Below are positions 39,546 to 51,457 of a stretch of DNA of 64,000 bases, in pieces. The position numbers and the translations under genes were made by a program. This stretch comes from Eledone cirrhosa (taxonomy: Eukaryota): positions 319,238,001 to 319,302,000 of the forward strand of contig OZ024741.1 of assembly GCA_964016885.1 (NCBI GenBank). The letters run 5' to 3'. The notes beneath the pieces were generated by a model. It did not search any database. It saw only the letters and a list, made by a program, of their open reading frames with translations, and had not been told where the DNA came from. Numbering within the stretch: position 1 is the stretch's first letter; each line of letters begins with the position of its first letter.

Positions 39546-39819
39546 GCGATCGCGAAATAATCATTTAGAGTTGTAATATAAGGATTAGTTTTATTTATAA
39601 ATCCTTATAATAATTATTTCTAATTCAGTAATATAACAAGGCCACGATATTTGTGAGAGGAAGCTGGTTAAATCGGCCTCAGTATTTTATCAATCACGAA
39701 AAGATAAAATGCAAAATCAACCTTGGTGAGGTTTGAACTCAGAACGTGAAGAGCCGTATAGCATTTTGTCTGTGTCAATGATTCTGACAACCCATCAGCC
39801 TTTTAATATTTTAATAATG

Positions 39820-40955
39820 GTTACTTTATTGGCCACAAGGGCCGACATATAGAGGACAATACAAAAGACAGGGGCAGTGGGGTTTACAATAAAATTGAGT
39901 AAAAAATATATACAACAGATAACAATAAACAACAAAATACATAATGAAAATTTCCCAACAGGGAGAACACCACCCAGGGGTGGCTCAGGAACCCCACCAA
40001 TCCTAAACCTCCCTACTCTTCATGAGCACTCTAGGAGGGCGTCCCTCACCTTTCCAAACTAGACAGCTTACGGGCGCATGGTCAGTGTAGGCCTATTCAC
40101 ACGGGCCATCCTCGCTACTTTCACCCATTTTTTAATAAATATACTGGGGATGGGGGTGGGGGAAGCACTTCCATCTCCACCTCGCCTCCCATTTCAGGCC
40201 GACTAAGAGATGCGAAGATCTCCTAGTCATCAAACATGGAGGCTAGTTCGTGCGTTTCGGAAGCCCTTGTCTCACTGACGGCAGTCACATCCACACCTAA
40301 TGATATGGAGTCGTTCAGTTAGCGTCCTTGCTTCCAGGATGACTTCTGACATTTAAGCATCTTATTAATATAATAGCCATATTGCCTGGTTAGTCAAGAC
40401 GAAAAAAGGGTGGGCTATTTACTCCCCAGGTACTGTTGGAGATCGGGTGGTTTGATCTCCATATTTAGTGGGTTTATCTCATGAACCCCTTAAAAAGCCT
40501 ACTGCTGGCTCTCATAATAGGGGTCCTCACGTTATGCGGAAAACTTTCCCTATTGCTTTTGTAGGCACCCAACGACATTCTTGCCATCATTAGATAATCA
40601 GGCTCTAAAAATCTCTATCTTGCTATGAGGACCATCAGTTTTTCGTTGGCCCTTCTTACTAGCACGAAGTGTCCTGAATGTGATGTTATTTGATGTGATT
40701 TTGCATGTTTTCATTTATTTTGTTGTTCTGCTGGTGGTAGCGGTGGTAGTGTTGGTGGAGTTTAAGTTGTTGTGGATGTGCCTGTGTTTGTTGTGTGCGT
40801 ATGATGTCAAATGTTATCGTCTTGTGTTTTCGTTTTTGTTTTTGTTTTGGTTTTTGAGGGTTCCCCCTCGTCTTCACTTTGAGATGAAGAGCTCTGTTTC
40901 AACTGTTCGTTGGAGTATATTTGTGTTTATGTGGGTGTCTGTGTGTTTTTGTGTT
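39820..40955 (-). mobile_element. Internally deleted Tx1-like element
   Basis: ORF1 C-terminal part, then ORF2 start (MAIILIRCLNVR...SETR...EIFASLSRP) joined directly to the ORF2 end (KWVKVARMARVN). 3' UTR ends gtggccaataaag. Confidence 0.82.
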
Positions 40956-41153
40956 TAGATGAGACGGATATATATATTAGGGTTCTTATATATTTGATAT
41001 ATATTTATCCTTATCGAACCCTCTTTGGATTTTAGTCTTCACATTTATTATTATTACTATATATATATATATATAGTTTAGCGAGGTTTTTTATATGAAA
41101 TCGTGTGTCGAAACAGATGTTGGAGATCGGGTGGTTTGATCCTCCCCAAATAT

Positions 41154-41242
<89 letters not shown>

Positions 41243-41330
41243 GGAGGTGAGTTTTATTGTAGTACAATAAAGCAATGCAGATATCGGATAAGAAGCACTC
41301 TACAGTTTGTAGGACTGGAGTATATATAAC

Positions 41331-41427
41331 ATATAAGAACAAAAGATGGTTAAAAGAGTTCCATTTGTTTTTGAAATGCGCATAATAAAATACATGGAAC
41401 TCTTTTAACCATCTTTTGTTCTTATAT
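41331..41427. repeat. Hairpin with ~34-bp arms abutting (TA)n
   Basis: atataagaacaaaagatggttaaaagagttccat / atggaactcttttaaccatcttttgttcttatat. Confidence 0.85.
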
Positions 41428-41446
41428 ATATATATATATATATATA

Positions 41447-41899
41447 AGTTCTATTTAAAATTGTTGGGATACAACAAGTAAATATTTTATAACTGATATA
41501 AAGCACTCGACAAGTTTTTGGAGTAGATATACGATATTAAATAAATGGAAACTATATTTATAAAACCATATTTATTTCATTATACATATTTCAGGGATAC
41601 CAAATTAAAATATGGTATGCCTTCATCAGACAAAATACAATATATAAACAGTTTTATAAATAATTTTGACGTACCCTATTAGATGCAACCATTATTTTTG
41701 GAAGCTGTCTGGATAGTACAGCTTCCAAAAATAATGGTCGCATCTAATAGGGTACGTCAAAATTATTTATAAAACTGTTTATATATTGTATTTTGTCTGA
41801 TGAAGGCATACCATATTTTAATTTGGTATCCCTGAAATATGTATAATGAAATAAATATGGTTTTATAAATATAGTTTCCATTTATTTAATATCGTATAT
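41447..41899. mobile_element. Palindromic double-hammerhead element (182-bp arms, 9-nt loop) in (TA)n
   Basis: 41527-41708 is the reverse complement of 41718-41899 (one mismatch seen). CTGATGA at 41797 and GAAA at 41834 on +, with a mirror copy on -. Confidence 0.9.
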
Positions 41900-41912
41900 A
41901 TATATATATACG

Positions 41913-41997
<85 letters not shown>

Positions 41998-42462
41998 AAT
42001 TGTTTATACTTTTGGCACAAGGCCATAACTAGTACTTTATTTTATCGACCCCGTAAGGATGAAAGGCAAAGTTAACCTCGGCGGAGAGGTACACAGATAT
42101 ATGTGCATACATACATATATATGTATATATAAACATATATTTTTTCACAAGTACGTGAGATTGTATGTTGTCGGCCTTAACTGTTGTCGACTTTAACTGT
42201 TGTTGACTTTAACTGTTGTTGACCTTGACCGGTGTATCACGTGATAGCGTCTCCCTCCGCATTTTTGAGATTCTCTCGCATGCTACGGACGTGTCTAGTT
42301 AACGCTCTTTCCCTGATGTGCTCTCTATGATATAAGATTTTTGCATAGTAACCAGCGAAACTGTACAGTCGGGACATTGAAGAAAAAATAGGTATGTGTG
42401 TGTGTGTGTGTATCCCGGGTTCAATCGGGGGTAACCACAGTAAGTGTCCTAGTTCTGTAGAA

Positions 42463-42564
<102 letters not shown>

Positions 42565-42589
42565 TGGGGGAGAGAGAGAGAGAGCTTTT

Positions 42590-43050
42590 TTGACGGACCC
42601 CTGGATGGTTTTGTTGGAGTCTGCTATTGTTGGTGGTTGAGGTGGTTCAGGCCGTTTCAGCTGCAGTTCGTTGTTGTTATGGTTGTTGTTGTTGTTGTTG
42701 TTCCGGTGTCGACTGCATCGGGACACCGTGGTTCCCTGTTTTTTTGTTGTTGTTGAAGGCAAAAATCTCTTAAATATTGGCCCATGCTTTCTCTACTTAT
42801 ATTACTTTGGCTGCCTGAGTCAAACATTCATCACCCCCATTAAAGTCCCTGTTGAACAGTTCCTTTATTTTCGCAGCCGTAGATGCGAATGGTATTTTGT
42901 TGTTGTTATTGTTATTGCTCTTGTTGTTGTTGTTGTTGTTGTCGTTGTTGTTGTAGTTAATGATGTTGTTGTTGCTGCTGCTGCTGTTGTTGTTATTGTT
43001 GTTGTTGTCGTCGTTGTCTTTGTTATTGTTTTTGTTGCTGCTGCTGCTGC

Positions 43051-43084
<34 letters not shown>

Positions 43085-43086
43085 GC

Positions 43087-43184
<98 letters not shown>

Positions 43185-43215
43185 TTGTTGTTGTAGCCGT
43201 TGTTGCTGCTGTTGG
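42590..43215 (-). mobile_element. Fragment of Tx1-like ORF1 N-terminus with (AAC)n expansion
   Basis: KIPFASTAAKIKELF...ECLTQAAKV aligns with STFAVMAVKTMELF...ECLSEAAKL in ORF 46823..47449. Confidence 0.6.
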
Positions 43216-46200
43216 GGAGATCAGAGAACAAGTTTGCCATATCTACGTAAAAATAGGCAGACCATCCAAACCAAGTGTTTTACACCTTGTACAGCCAGCC
43301 AGGGCTTGTGATCATGTATCCTGCGTCTATCTCGGTCCGTCAAAGACTAAATTCTGACTTTATTGCTACGCTGAGTTTCTGCCACACGGGCCCATCGAAC
43401 AGCTTTCGTTTCTTCATGTCTTAGAGCACGTGTCTTAGCTCTGAAATTGAACCTTCGTATTTCGCATTGAAGAAATAGTTAAGTACTATTCTCGCAGGTA
43501 GCATCCTAACCGCCTCTTCTAGTTTAATTACTCACCTTCTCTGCTCTATTTTTCTATTGCGACTTTTTTTATTTAGTAAAAGCTATTGATTTTACTCTAA
43601 TCGCTCTCTTGACTGCACCCCAATAACTATTGTTAATGCTTCTCTATGTCAACTGTTGCATAGTAATCTAAACCGGTCTCTGTAGGCTTTACACGCCGGA
43701 AGCGACGCGTTAAGCTTCCAGTAACCAGGTCCCTGTCTATCAAGGTCAACTATGCAGCTCATAAATTAGTAGTCTGAATTGGCAACCGTTTTAACTGTGG
43801 ACCCCTACACTATCCCTATCTACTAACCTAATGGAAAACAATACTAAATACGATCTAGATGACCGTAGGTGATTGCCTCATGACCACACTGTTGTATTTG
43901 AGAAATCTAGTCGGTAGCTGTCAGACACCTGAAATTGTCCGGTCAGCTTCTTGAGGCGCTTGCACACCCCCCGCTTCAAACAGCTACTCCCACACAGTCC
44001 CGGCGTGCGTCCACAATGCCGTTACAGTCCCTCGCAAATAGTAAAGGGCGAGACGTTCCAAGAAATGCTTCCATACACCTGAAAAAATCTGGTCATCCTG
44101 CCCCAGTTGGGGCATAGGCGGCCACCAGTCTAAAAGCACCACCTTTGCTATCCCTCACACTCTGGAACAACCAACTTACCAACCAGATTCAGGAAGATCG
44201 TCGGTACCTCAAAATCCAGGCTTTTCCTAAACAACACTGTCACCCTGCCTCCCATTCCAGGCCAAATAAGAGATGAGTAGATCTCAAAGAGGTAAAAAAA
44301 AAATCAAAATGGGGTCTAATGCCTGTGAGTCGGAAATCCTGGTTTCGTTGATGATTATCACATCTATCACTAGTGATCTGAGGTCGTTGAGCAAGCGGCC
44401 TTGCTTCCAGGAAGACCCTCAATCGCGTACATTTATGCACCCTATTCTTAAAATTACTATGTTGGCCGAAAAGAGTTAACAGAAAAAAGTGGCTACTTAC
44501 TCTCTCAGTGCTGTTGAAGATCGGATGGTTCAACCTCCATATCTGGTTAGAATTCTTTTGGGAACCCATTTAAAGGCCTACTGGTGGTTTTACATTAGGG
44601 GTACCCACGTCATTTGGGAGATTCTCCCTAATATTTTTGTATGTCTCACGATACATGTACACCATCATTAGTGTTTATGGTACTTTGAAAGTGCTGACTC
44701 CAAAAGTTTCCTCTTTTCTCTGAATATCCTAACTTTGTGTTATGAGGGCCATCAATTCTATTTTGGCCCTCCTCGCTGGCACGAAGTTTGGTGTCTGTGT
44801 GGCTGGTTGTTGTTTCTGTGCTTTTTTTGTGGATGGTTGTGGTGTGCATGTGTTGATGGCAGTGCTGGTTGTTTGCCGCTCGTGGTTGAGTTGTTGTTGT
44901 GGATGCGTCTGTATTTGTTGTGGGTATGTTTCCTGTTTTCTGGCGTGTGGGTGTTGGTGTGAGGTAAGAGTTTCTTTTCTATTTTTTCTTTCTTTTTTGT
45001 TTCTTTGGTTTAGGAGTTTCACTTTATCTTCACTTAGAGACGAGAAGATAGCAGTGCCTGCGGAATCTGTCTCGGGTATGGGTGGGAATGTGTTTGTATT
45101 TGTGTGAGTGTCTCTTATGTGTGTGTGGAGGGGAGAAGGGGAGCTTCGTTGGGAGACCCTCCTGGGAGTTTTGACGAAGGATATTTTTTTCTGTTGTTGG
45201 TGTTGGTTGTAGTGCATCTTCTGCTGCTGTTGGTGGTTTTGTAGTCACTGTTGTTGATGTTAACCCTGTTACCGGTGTTGGTATCGCTGTTGTTGTTGGG
45301 GTCCTGGTGTTAACAACAATGGTATTCTATGGCTCCCCGCTGTTTCTGTAGAGGGTAGGAAATTCAATTCTTAGGTGGTTCGATTCTCCACATCGATGAC
45401 ACCTACGAGGGTCAGCTGAAACGTTCATAACTTGATCAATATACTCTCATGGAATGTAACCAAAATGAGGTTTATTTTTCAACATAGTCCCCCATGTGGT
45501 CCACACATTTCTTCCGTCGGTGTTGCAGTGCTTGGATCCTATTGGCGTAGAAGCTTTTATCCTGTTGGTAAAATAATTCATCAACAGCAGATATGACGTT
45601 ATAATCACTGCAATACTGGTTCCCAGTCAGGTGTTTTTTCATGGAGATAGGGAGCATGATCAACCAGTTAAATTCTACAACCACACACAGCAGCCGTTGA
45701 AACCAGTTTTTCTGGCTGTTTGGTCTTGATAGCCTTTCGTAACTGCATCAGCAAGTTGGCATAGTACTCTCCATTGATGGTGTGGCCCTTTTGAAGATAG
45801 TCAATGAAAAATGCATTTTTTATCCCAAAAAGCTGAGGTCATCACCTTTCCTGTAGATGAAACGACCTTGGCCTTCTCTTGAACAGGCGAGGAGGAGTGT
45901 TTCCACTGTATGGTTTGTCTCTTTGTTTCTAGCTCAAAGTGATGAACCCAACATGCATCCTGGGTTTAGAAACATTCAAGGAAACCAGCTGGATCTGCCT
46001 CAAACAATGTCAGATTTTGCTGTGGTATGATCACCCTGGTGCGTTTTTGATCAGGTGTTAGAAGACATAGCACCTACTGAGCAGAAAACTTCGCCATGCC
46101 AAGTTCATTGTGTCATTGTGCAGAATATTCTCAATTCTCTCACGGGATATGCTAATAGCATTGGCTATTTGATTTATAGTCAATCGCCTGTCATCCATCA

Positions 46201-47263
46201 CTATGTGGTGAACACGATCAAGGTTTTCCTCGGTGGTGGCAGTTGCAGGACGTCCAGACCTTGAGTTATCTTCAAGACTCTCTTTTCCCTCTTAAATTCA
46301 GCTGCCCACGTTTTCCCTGTTGATAAAGCTGGAGCGTCATCCTTTAATGTAGTAACCATGTCAACATGAATGTCCTTGGGGGCTAAACCCCTTTTCTGTA
46401 GGTACTTGATAACACGACGGTGCCAAATTCTGTCCATTTTCAAGAGATGTCACTACTAGTTACTTTTGAAGTTTTCTTTGAACAATTAGATGTCATTTTA
46501 CCTGGACAAAAACAATGCACTTCTTAGTAAGAAGAGTTTAAATTAATGTATGCAAGATTTCAAAGCTCTAGCATCACTACTTCATAGCCAGCTTATGAAC
46601 ATTTCAGCTCACCTTCGTAGGCCTTTTACCCTCAATTTCCACTCGTAGCTCCACGCCACCCGGAAGACCAATTAGATCTAGGGACATATGAATCTTCTCT
46701 GTTTTGATCTGGAAAAGTACTTACAGACTGATCCTAAACCAGTTCTTCCTCCGGAACCTCTTTATTTCAAGGAGGGTTTCACTTCGCTCCGAGTCGATGC
46801 ATGCTAGAATCCCCCAGATGTCTTATTCAGGCGCGATCACTGTAATGCGGACCTTCATCGTGCTTCTTCCACTGTAAGGAGGTAATATTACGAATTGGTC
46901 TATTTTACAGGGAACCACAAAGTACTTCTTTGCAAGAGCCTTGTTTTTGAAGAGGACTGAGATGCTCCCAAACTGCTTGGACCTTGTAACGTGTTGTATG
47001 TCCGACATCAAGCCATACAGAGATGCATCCAAGTAGGATTGTGAGACCAACGCTGGCTTTCTGAACTTGATGCCGATACATCTTTCAGTTAGGGTTTTTT
47101 TTTGTTCAGTTGCTGCCAACACCTCAGACAGAACACTTATGTTGGTCCAGGTTTTCTCAACTGTTACAAGTTTGGCTGCCTCAGATAAACATTCCCCTCT
47201 TCTGCTCAAGACCATAACGAACAATTCCATAGTTTTCACAGCCATTACAGCGAACGTACTTTT

Positions 47264-47300
<37 letters not shown>

Positions 47301-47755
47301 TTGTTGTTGTCATTGTTGTTGTCGTTGACGTTCTTGCTGATGTTACTATTGTTGTTGATGTTGTTGCTGCTGTTTTTTGTTGTTGTTTTTGTTGTCGTTG
47401 CTGTTGTTGTTGCTGTTGCTGTTGTCGTTGTCTTTGTTGTCGTCGTCACCGTCGTCTTTGTTATTGTTGTTATTGTTGTTATTGTTGCTGTAGTAGTTAT
47501 TGTTGTTATTGCCGTTGCTGTTGCTGTTTTCTTTCTTTTTTTTTGTCGTTGCCGTTTTTTTCTGCTGTTGCTGTTGTTTTTGTTGTTGCAGTTGCTTTGT
47601 TGTTGGTGATGGTGACAATGGCTTAGTTGGTGATGTCTATAGTGATAGTGGTGACATTGTTACTATTAATCTTTAGGTTCCAGTCGAACTTGCTTTCTTT
47701 TCCGTGCAAAATGTTGCTGCTGTAGCTGGATGTGAACGAAGTTGTAGCCTCCATT
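43216..47755 (-). mobile_element. Decayed Tx1-like element (5' UTR, ORF1, ORF2 EN to start of RT), interrupted by mariner
   Basis: ORF1 KQFGSISVLFK...PPYSGR. ORF2 remnants LDRQGPGYWKLN, FFNAKYEG, KAVRWARVAE, GLDGLP..FYVDMANLFSDL. Confidence 0.82.
45406..46617 (-). mobile_element. Mariner transposon (irritans-subfamily-like), decayed transposase
   Basis: TA target duplication; TIRs cgagggtcagctgaaacgttcataa / ttatgaacatttcagctcaccttcg. Transposase pieces MDRIWHRRVIKYL...WAAEFKR and ...CVDHMGDYVEK*. Confidence 0.92.
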
Positions 47756-47809
47756 TTTCAAAAGCTTTGTGGGCATATTTTGCAAATATAATTGCAATAT
47801 TTAGATCTT

Positions 47810-48310
47810 GTGAACCAAATGCTATGGGGTTACCTTTTTTAACGGCAATGCTCACCGCTCTCATCCATCTAACAAAATGGCTGGAAGGCAATACTTCCCT
47901 CTCCTTCCTGATTTTCCTAAAAAAGTGAAACATGAAGAAATTAATGAGGGATTCGCCAAAGAGGAAAGTGTTTGTCTTCAGCCACCAGGCATATTAAAAC
48001 TGCTCGCCCTTCCTGGTTAAAAGAAGGAAGTGGGGCAATCTTCATGTTGGAATCAGCTGATAGCTAGATCCATCTTACATGTGACAGAAGGTGTTTGATA
48101 TAAAACCACAGGTCAGCAATTCTCAGGCACTGAATGAGTGCATGCAAGATGGTTTCTTCACCCTATGTGCATCTCGAACATGCTCGGCTGATGGCGCTTT
48201 TGTGTCTAGATTTTATCTCAAACCAACAATGCTCCCTGGAGGTGCTGCCAGGCCATAGATTCCTGGAAGTTATCCTTTGACTCTGGACTGAAAGTTCTCC
48301 AGAAGTGATT
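47810..48310 (-). mobile_element. Tx1-like ORF2 C-terminal fragment
   Basis: Reverse complement has NFQESMAWQH, CSRC...ETILHALIQC and KEREVLPSSHFVRW, homologous to the copy B C-terminus. Confidence 0.75.
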
Positions 48311-48799
48311 AGCTAGTTGAACATCTTAAACATCCCTCTGTGATATCTCGCATAAGATAGATGAATCTTTTTATTATGGCACATGTCTGTACCTCCCCTA
48401 CCAGACTGCTGAAGACAAGCACCAAACTTCGTTGTCATCATCATATTATTCATAATAGTGTGTAATTTAAAAATTATCAAAGGATTTTCAAAATTTAATA
48501 TTTTCAACAATTTTGTTGTAGTGGTTGCAAACAAGAAAATCAAGAGGGATTAATCATTTCACTACCATATCTCTAATGGAAGATGTTTTGAAAATAATCA
48601 AAAATTTGAAAGTAATTTAGTAATATAACTAACTTTCTTGTTATTAAGTTGGTGTTTGGAGCACAATTTAACAGGAGATCTTACATAAAATTAGGATGGA
48701 AAGTTTTAAAATAAATATAAACATTTTGAAATAAAAAAAACTTTGTAGAACCAAAGGCAGTTTCAGGTAGATTGGTTCTAAAATGGATAAATATTAACT

Positions 48800-49677
48800 G
48801 AGAATGAACTTAGCAAAAACTAAAGTGTTAATAAGTAGGAATGAAGACAAGGCCCTGGTCCCATCAGGGAAATGGCCTTGCTTTATATGCAGAAAAGAAG
48901 TCAGTAGAAATTCTGTACTGTGTACTTAATGCAAATCTTGGGTGCATAAGAGGTGTAGCGAGATAATAGGCAGACTAACAAGAAAGGAAGACTTTGTATG
49001 TAATAGATGTTCAGAGAAAAGTAAGAGTGTTAATGATACACCTCTTTGAATCCCAGGTTGAATCCATAGAAGTGGTTGATAACTTCTGCTATCAAGGTGA
49101 CCTAGGTAGCAGTGGAGGTGGGTATTTCAGGAGCATAGTAGCTAGAATATAAACAGGAAGGAAGAAGCTTAGAGAGTTATTTCTGTTGACAACAAAAGGT
49201 TTCTCCCTACGAATGAAAGGTCAGCTGTATGATGCCTGTGTGTGATGTACAATGCTGAATGGTAGTGAAACAGAGACAAGTGACTGCAGAAGGTATGCAA
49301 AGGCTGGAGAGAAATGAAGCAAGCATGCTTTGATGGATGTGGGATGTTGATGTGCTTGAACAACAAAGCATGGATGAACTGAGAGAGAAACTGAGTATAA
49401 ATGGAATCAGATGTTGTGTGCAGGAAACAAGACTTTGCTGGTATGGACATATAGATGATGATTGCTGTAGCACTAAGAAATCTCAGTGGAAGGAAGGTGC
49501 AGCAGAGGATAACCAAAGAAGACCTTTTGGAAAATTGAAAGAGCTGATCTGATCTAAAATCACTGAATCTCATAGAAGAGATAACAAAGGGTTGTGGTGA
49601 GTGGAGAGGTGCTGTACAGAAAAGAAGCCGTTCAACCCATGCCAGCATGGAAAAGCGAATATAAAATGATGATGATG
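48800..49677 (+). mobile_element. Degraded RTE LINE 3' fragment with (GAT)n tail
   Basis: VPSGKWPC, WVHKRCS, RLERNEASML, RLCWYGH remnants; tail cccatgccagcatggaaaa...atgatgatg. Confidence 0.8.
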
Positions 49678-50044
49678 TCAGTTACAGGAAGGGAAAAATA
49701 GAGAATGACATGATAAAGATATTAAGGAGGAAATGAAAGCCAGAGGGTTGGTGAGGAAAACAGAGAAGCTTGTCATGAGGACCACAGGGTTAACACCTTC
49801 TTTAGCATGGAAAATGGTTTTAAAACACTTCTTGCTGTATGTACTGAGTTGAAAATAAAACAGCATTTAGAATGAACAATGTCACTTTGAGAAATAAGTG
49901 TTTCCCTCTCTGTGAAGAAAAATAAGAATGTGAGTTGCTTACTTTCACAATTCATTAATAAATGCTGGGATATCTCACCAAAGTTTTGATAGGTTTCCAA
50001 TAGGAATATTTTGAAAAGGAAATAAATGTTTGTTTAACTCTTAA

Positions 50045-50292
50045 CCTGTTGACTGCTGCGTATATTTTACACAGCTACATTTTTTTTTCAGTAAAATGAC
50101 TATTTTTTTAAACAAACATTTATTAACAACACATATCTGAATGATTGACAAACGTCACATCAATAAACTAGTAACCCTATCTAGCTTTGAAGTTATGAAC
50201 TGTTGGAAAAGAATTCCAACACGTTATCTCATCCGTGGCACTGGAATGCACACATGTTAGGATGAGTTATCTTGTCTACAGCACTGAAGAGG
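50045..50292. mobile_element. piggyBac-type MITE
   Basis: TTAA|cctgttgactgctg ... cagcactgaagagg|TTAA. Confidence 0.6.
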
Positions 50293-50902
50293 TTAACATC
50301 CTTTACCTCATGAAACTACTTCAGAAAGATATTCTTGATATGTACAAAACAACACTATGAGTGCATCACATAACAATCTGTTTTTAGATATTTTCCCAAT
50401 GATTTATCCACTAATAAAGGCACTCTAAACATCTAAATGTTTTTAGATATTTGTTGCTAAATCATTACAGGTTGTTAAAAGATAACACAGAACATTTTCA
50501 CAACAATCTGTCTACTAGTGAAGATACTATAACCAGACCCAGAAAAGAATAAATACAGAGTGAGGGGTGGTGCTCAATAAAATTAACTAAAATGCATTCA
50601 AAACAGTGCCCCAGTATGGCCACAGTCTAATGGCTGAAACAAGTAAAATAATAAAAAAAGGAGGAAACAGGCAAATAAAAGTGTATGAGATAGAAAGATA
50701 GAAAGATGAGGTTAAGTTGAGGATGAGGGAGAGAGAGACATGTTTCTTTGTAAGCTTCATTACTTCCATTCTTCTGTTCCAGGACTGAAGTAAAAGACTA
50801 TTTTTAAACAGTAATCTTGTTGATAACTAATTCTTCTATCAATATGGCCATCCAACTAAATACATACTCCATTCTTTCCCTTTATTAGATTATTACTATT
50901 AT

Positions 50903-50935
<33 letters not shown>

Positions 50936-51002
50936 ATATATATATATGTGTGTGTGTGTCATCATCATCATCATCATTTTACGTCCGCTTTTCCCTGCTT
51001 GC

Positions 51003-51068
<66 letters not shown>

Positions 51069-51457
51069 GGAGGCACATGGCTTAGTGGTTAGAGCATGGG
51101 CTTGCAATTGAAAGGTTGTCAGTTCAATTCTCATACCGGGTGATGTGTTGTTTCCTTGAGCAAGACACTTTATTTCACATTGCTCCAGTTTACTCAGCTG
51201 TAAAAATGAGATGATAGGACTGGGGTCACTATCATTCCACTGCATAGTGGTCGTGGAGGTGCTATGGCAAAAAAGCACCCAGCCCACACTGTAAAAGTGG
51301 ACGTGTAGGCGCCACGGCAAAAAACCACCCACCACTCACTGTAAATGAGGTTGGTGTTAGGAAGGGCATTCAGCTGTAGAAATCAAGCCAGAATCGGTTC
51401 CTGTCCCACCCTTGCAAGCAAGGAAAAGCGGACATAAAATGATGAAATGATGATGAT
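51069..51457 (+). mobile_element. tRNA-derived SINE with RTE-derived 3' tail
   Basis: Head ggaggcacatggcttagtggttagagc. The 3' part matches the RTE 3' UTR at 253-560. Close copy at 63315-63655. Confidence 0.85.

Noticed and set aside
51069-51140. tRNA genes
   Set aside because: A/B-box heads continue into SINE bodies and no full cloverleaf was seen.
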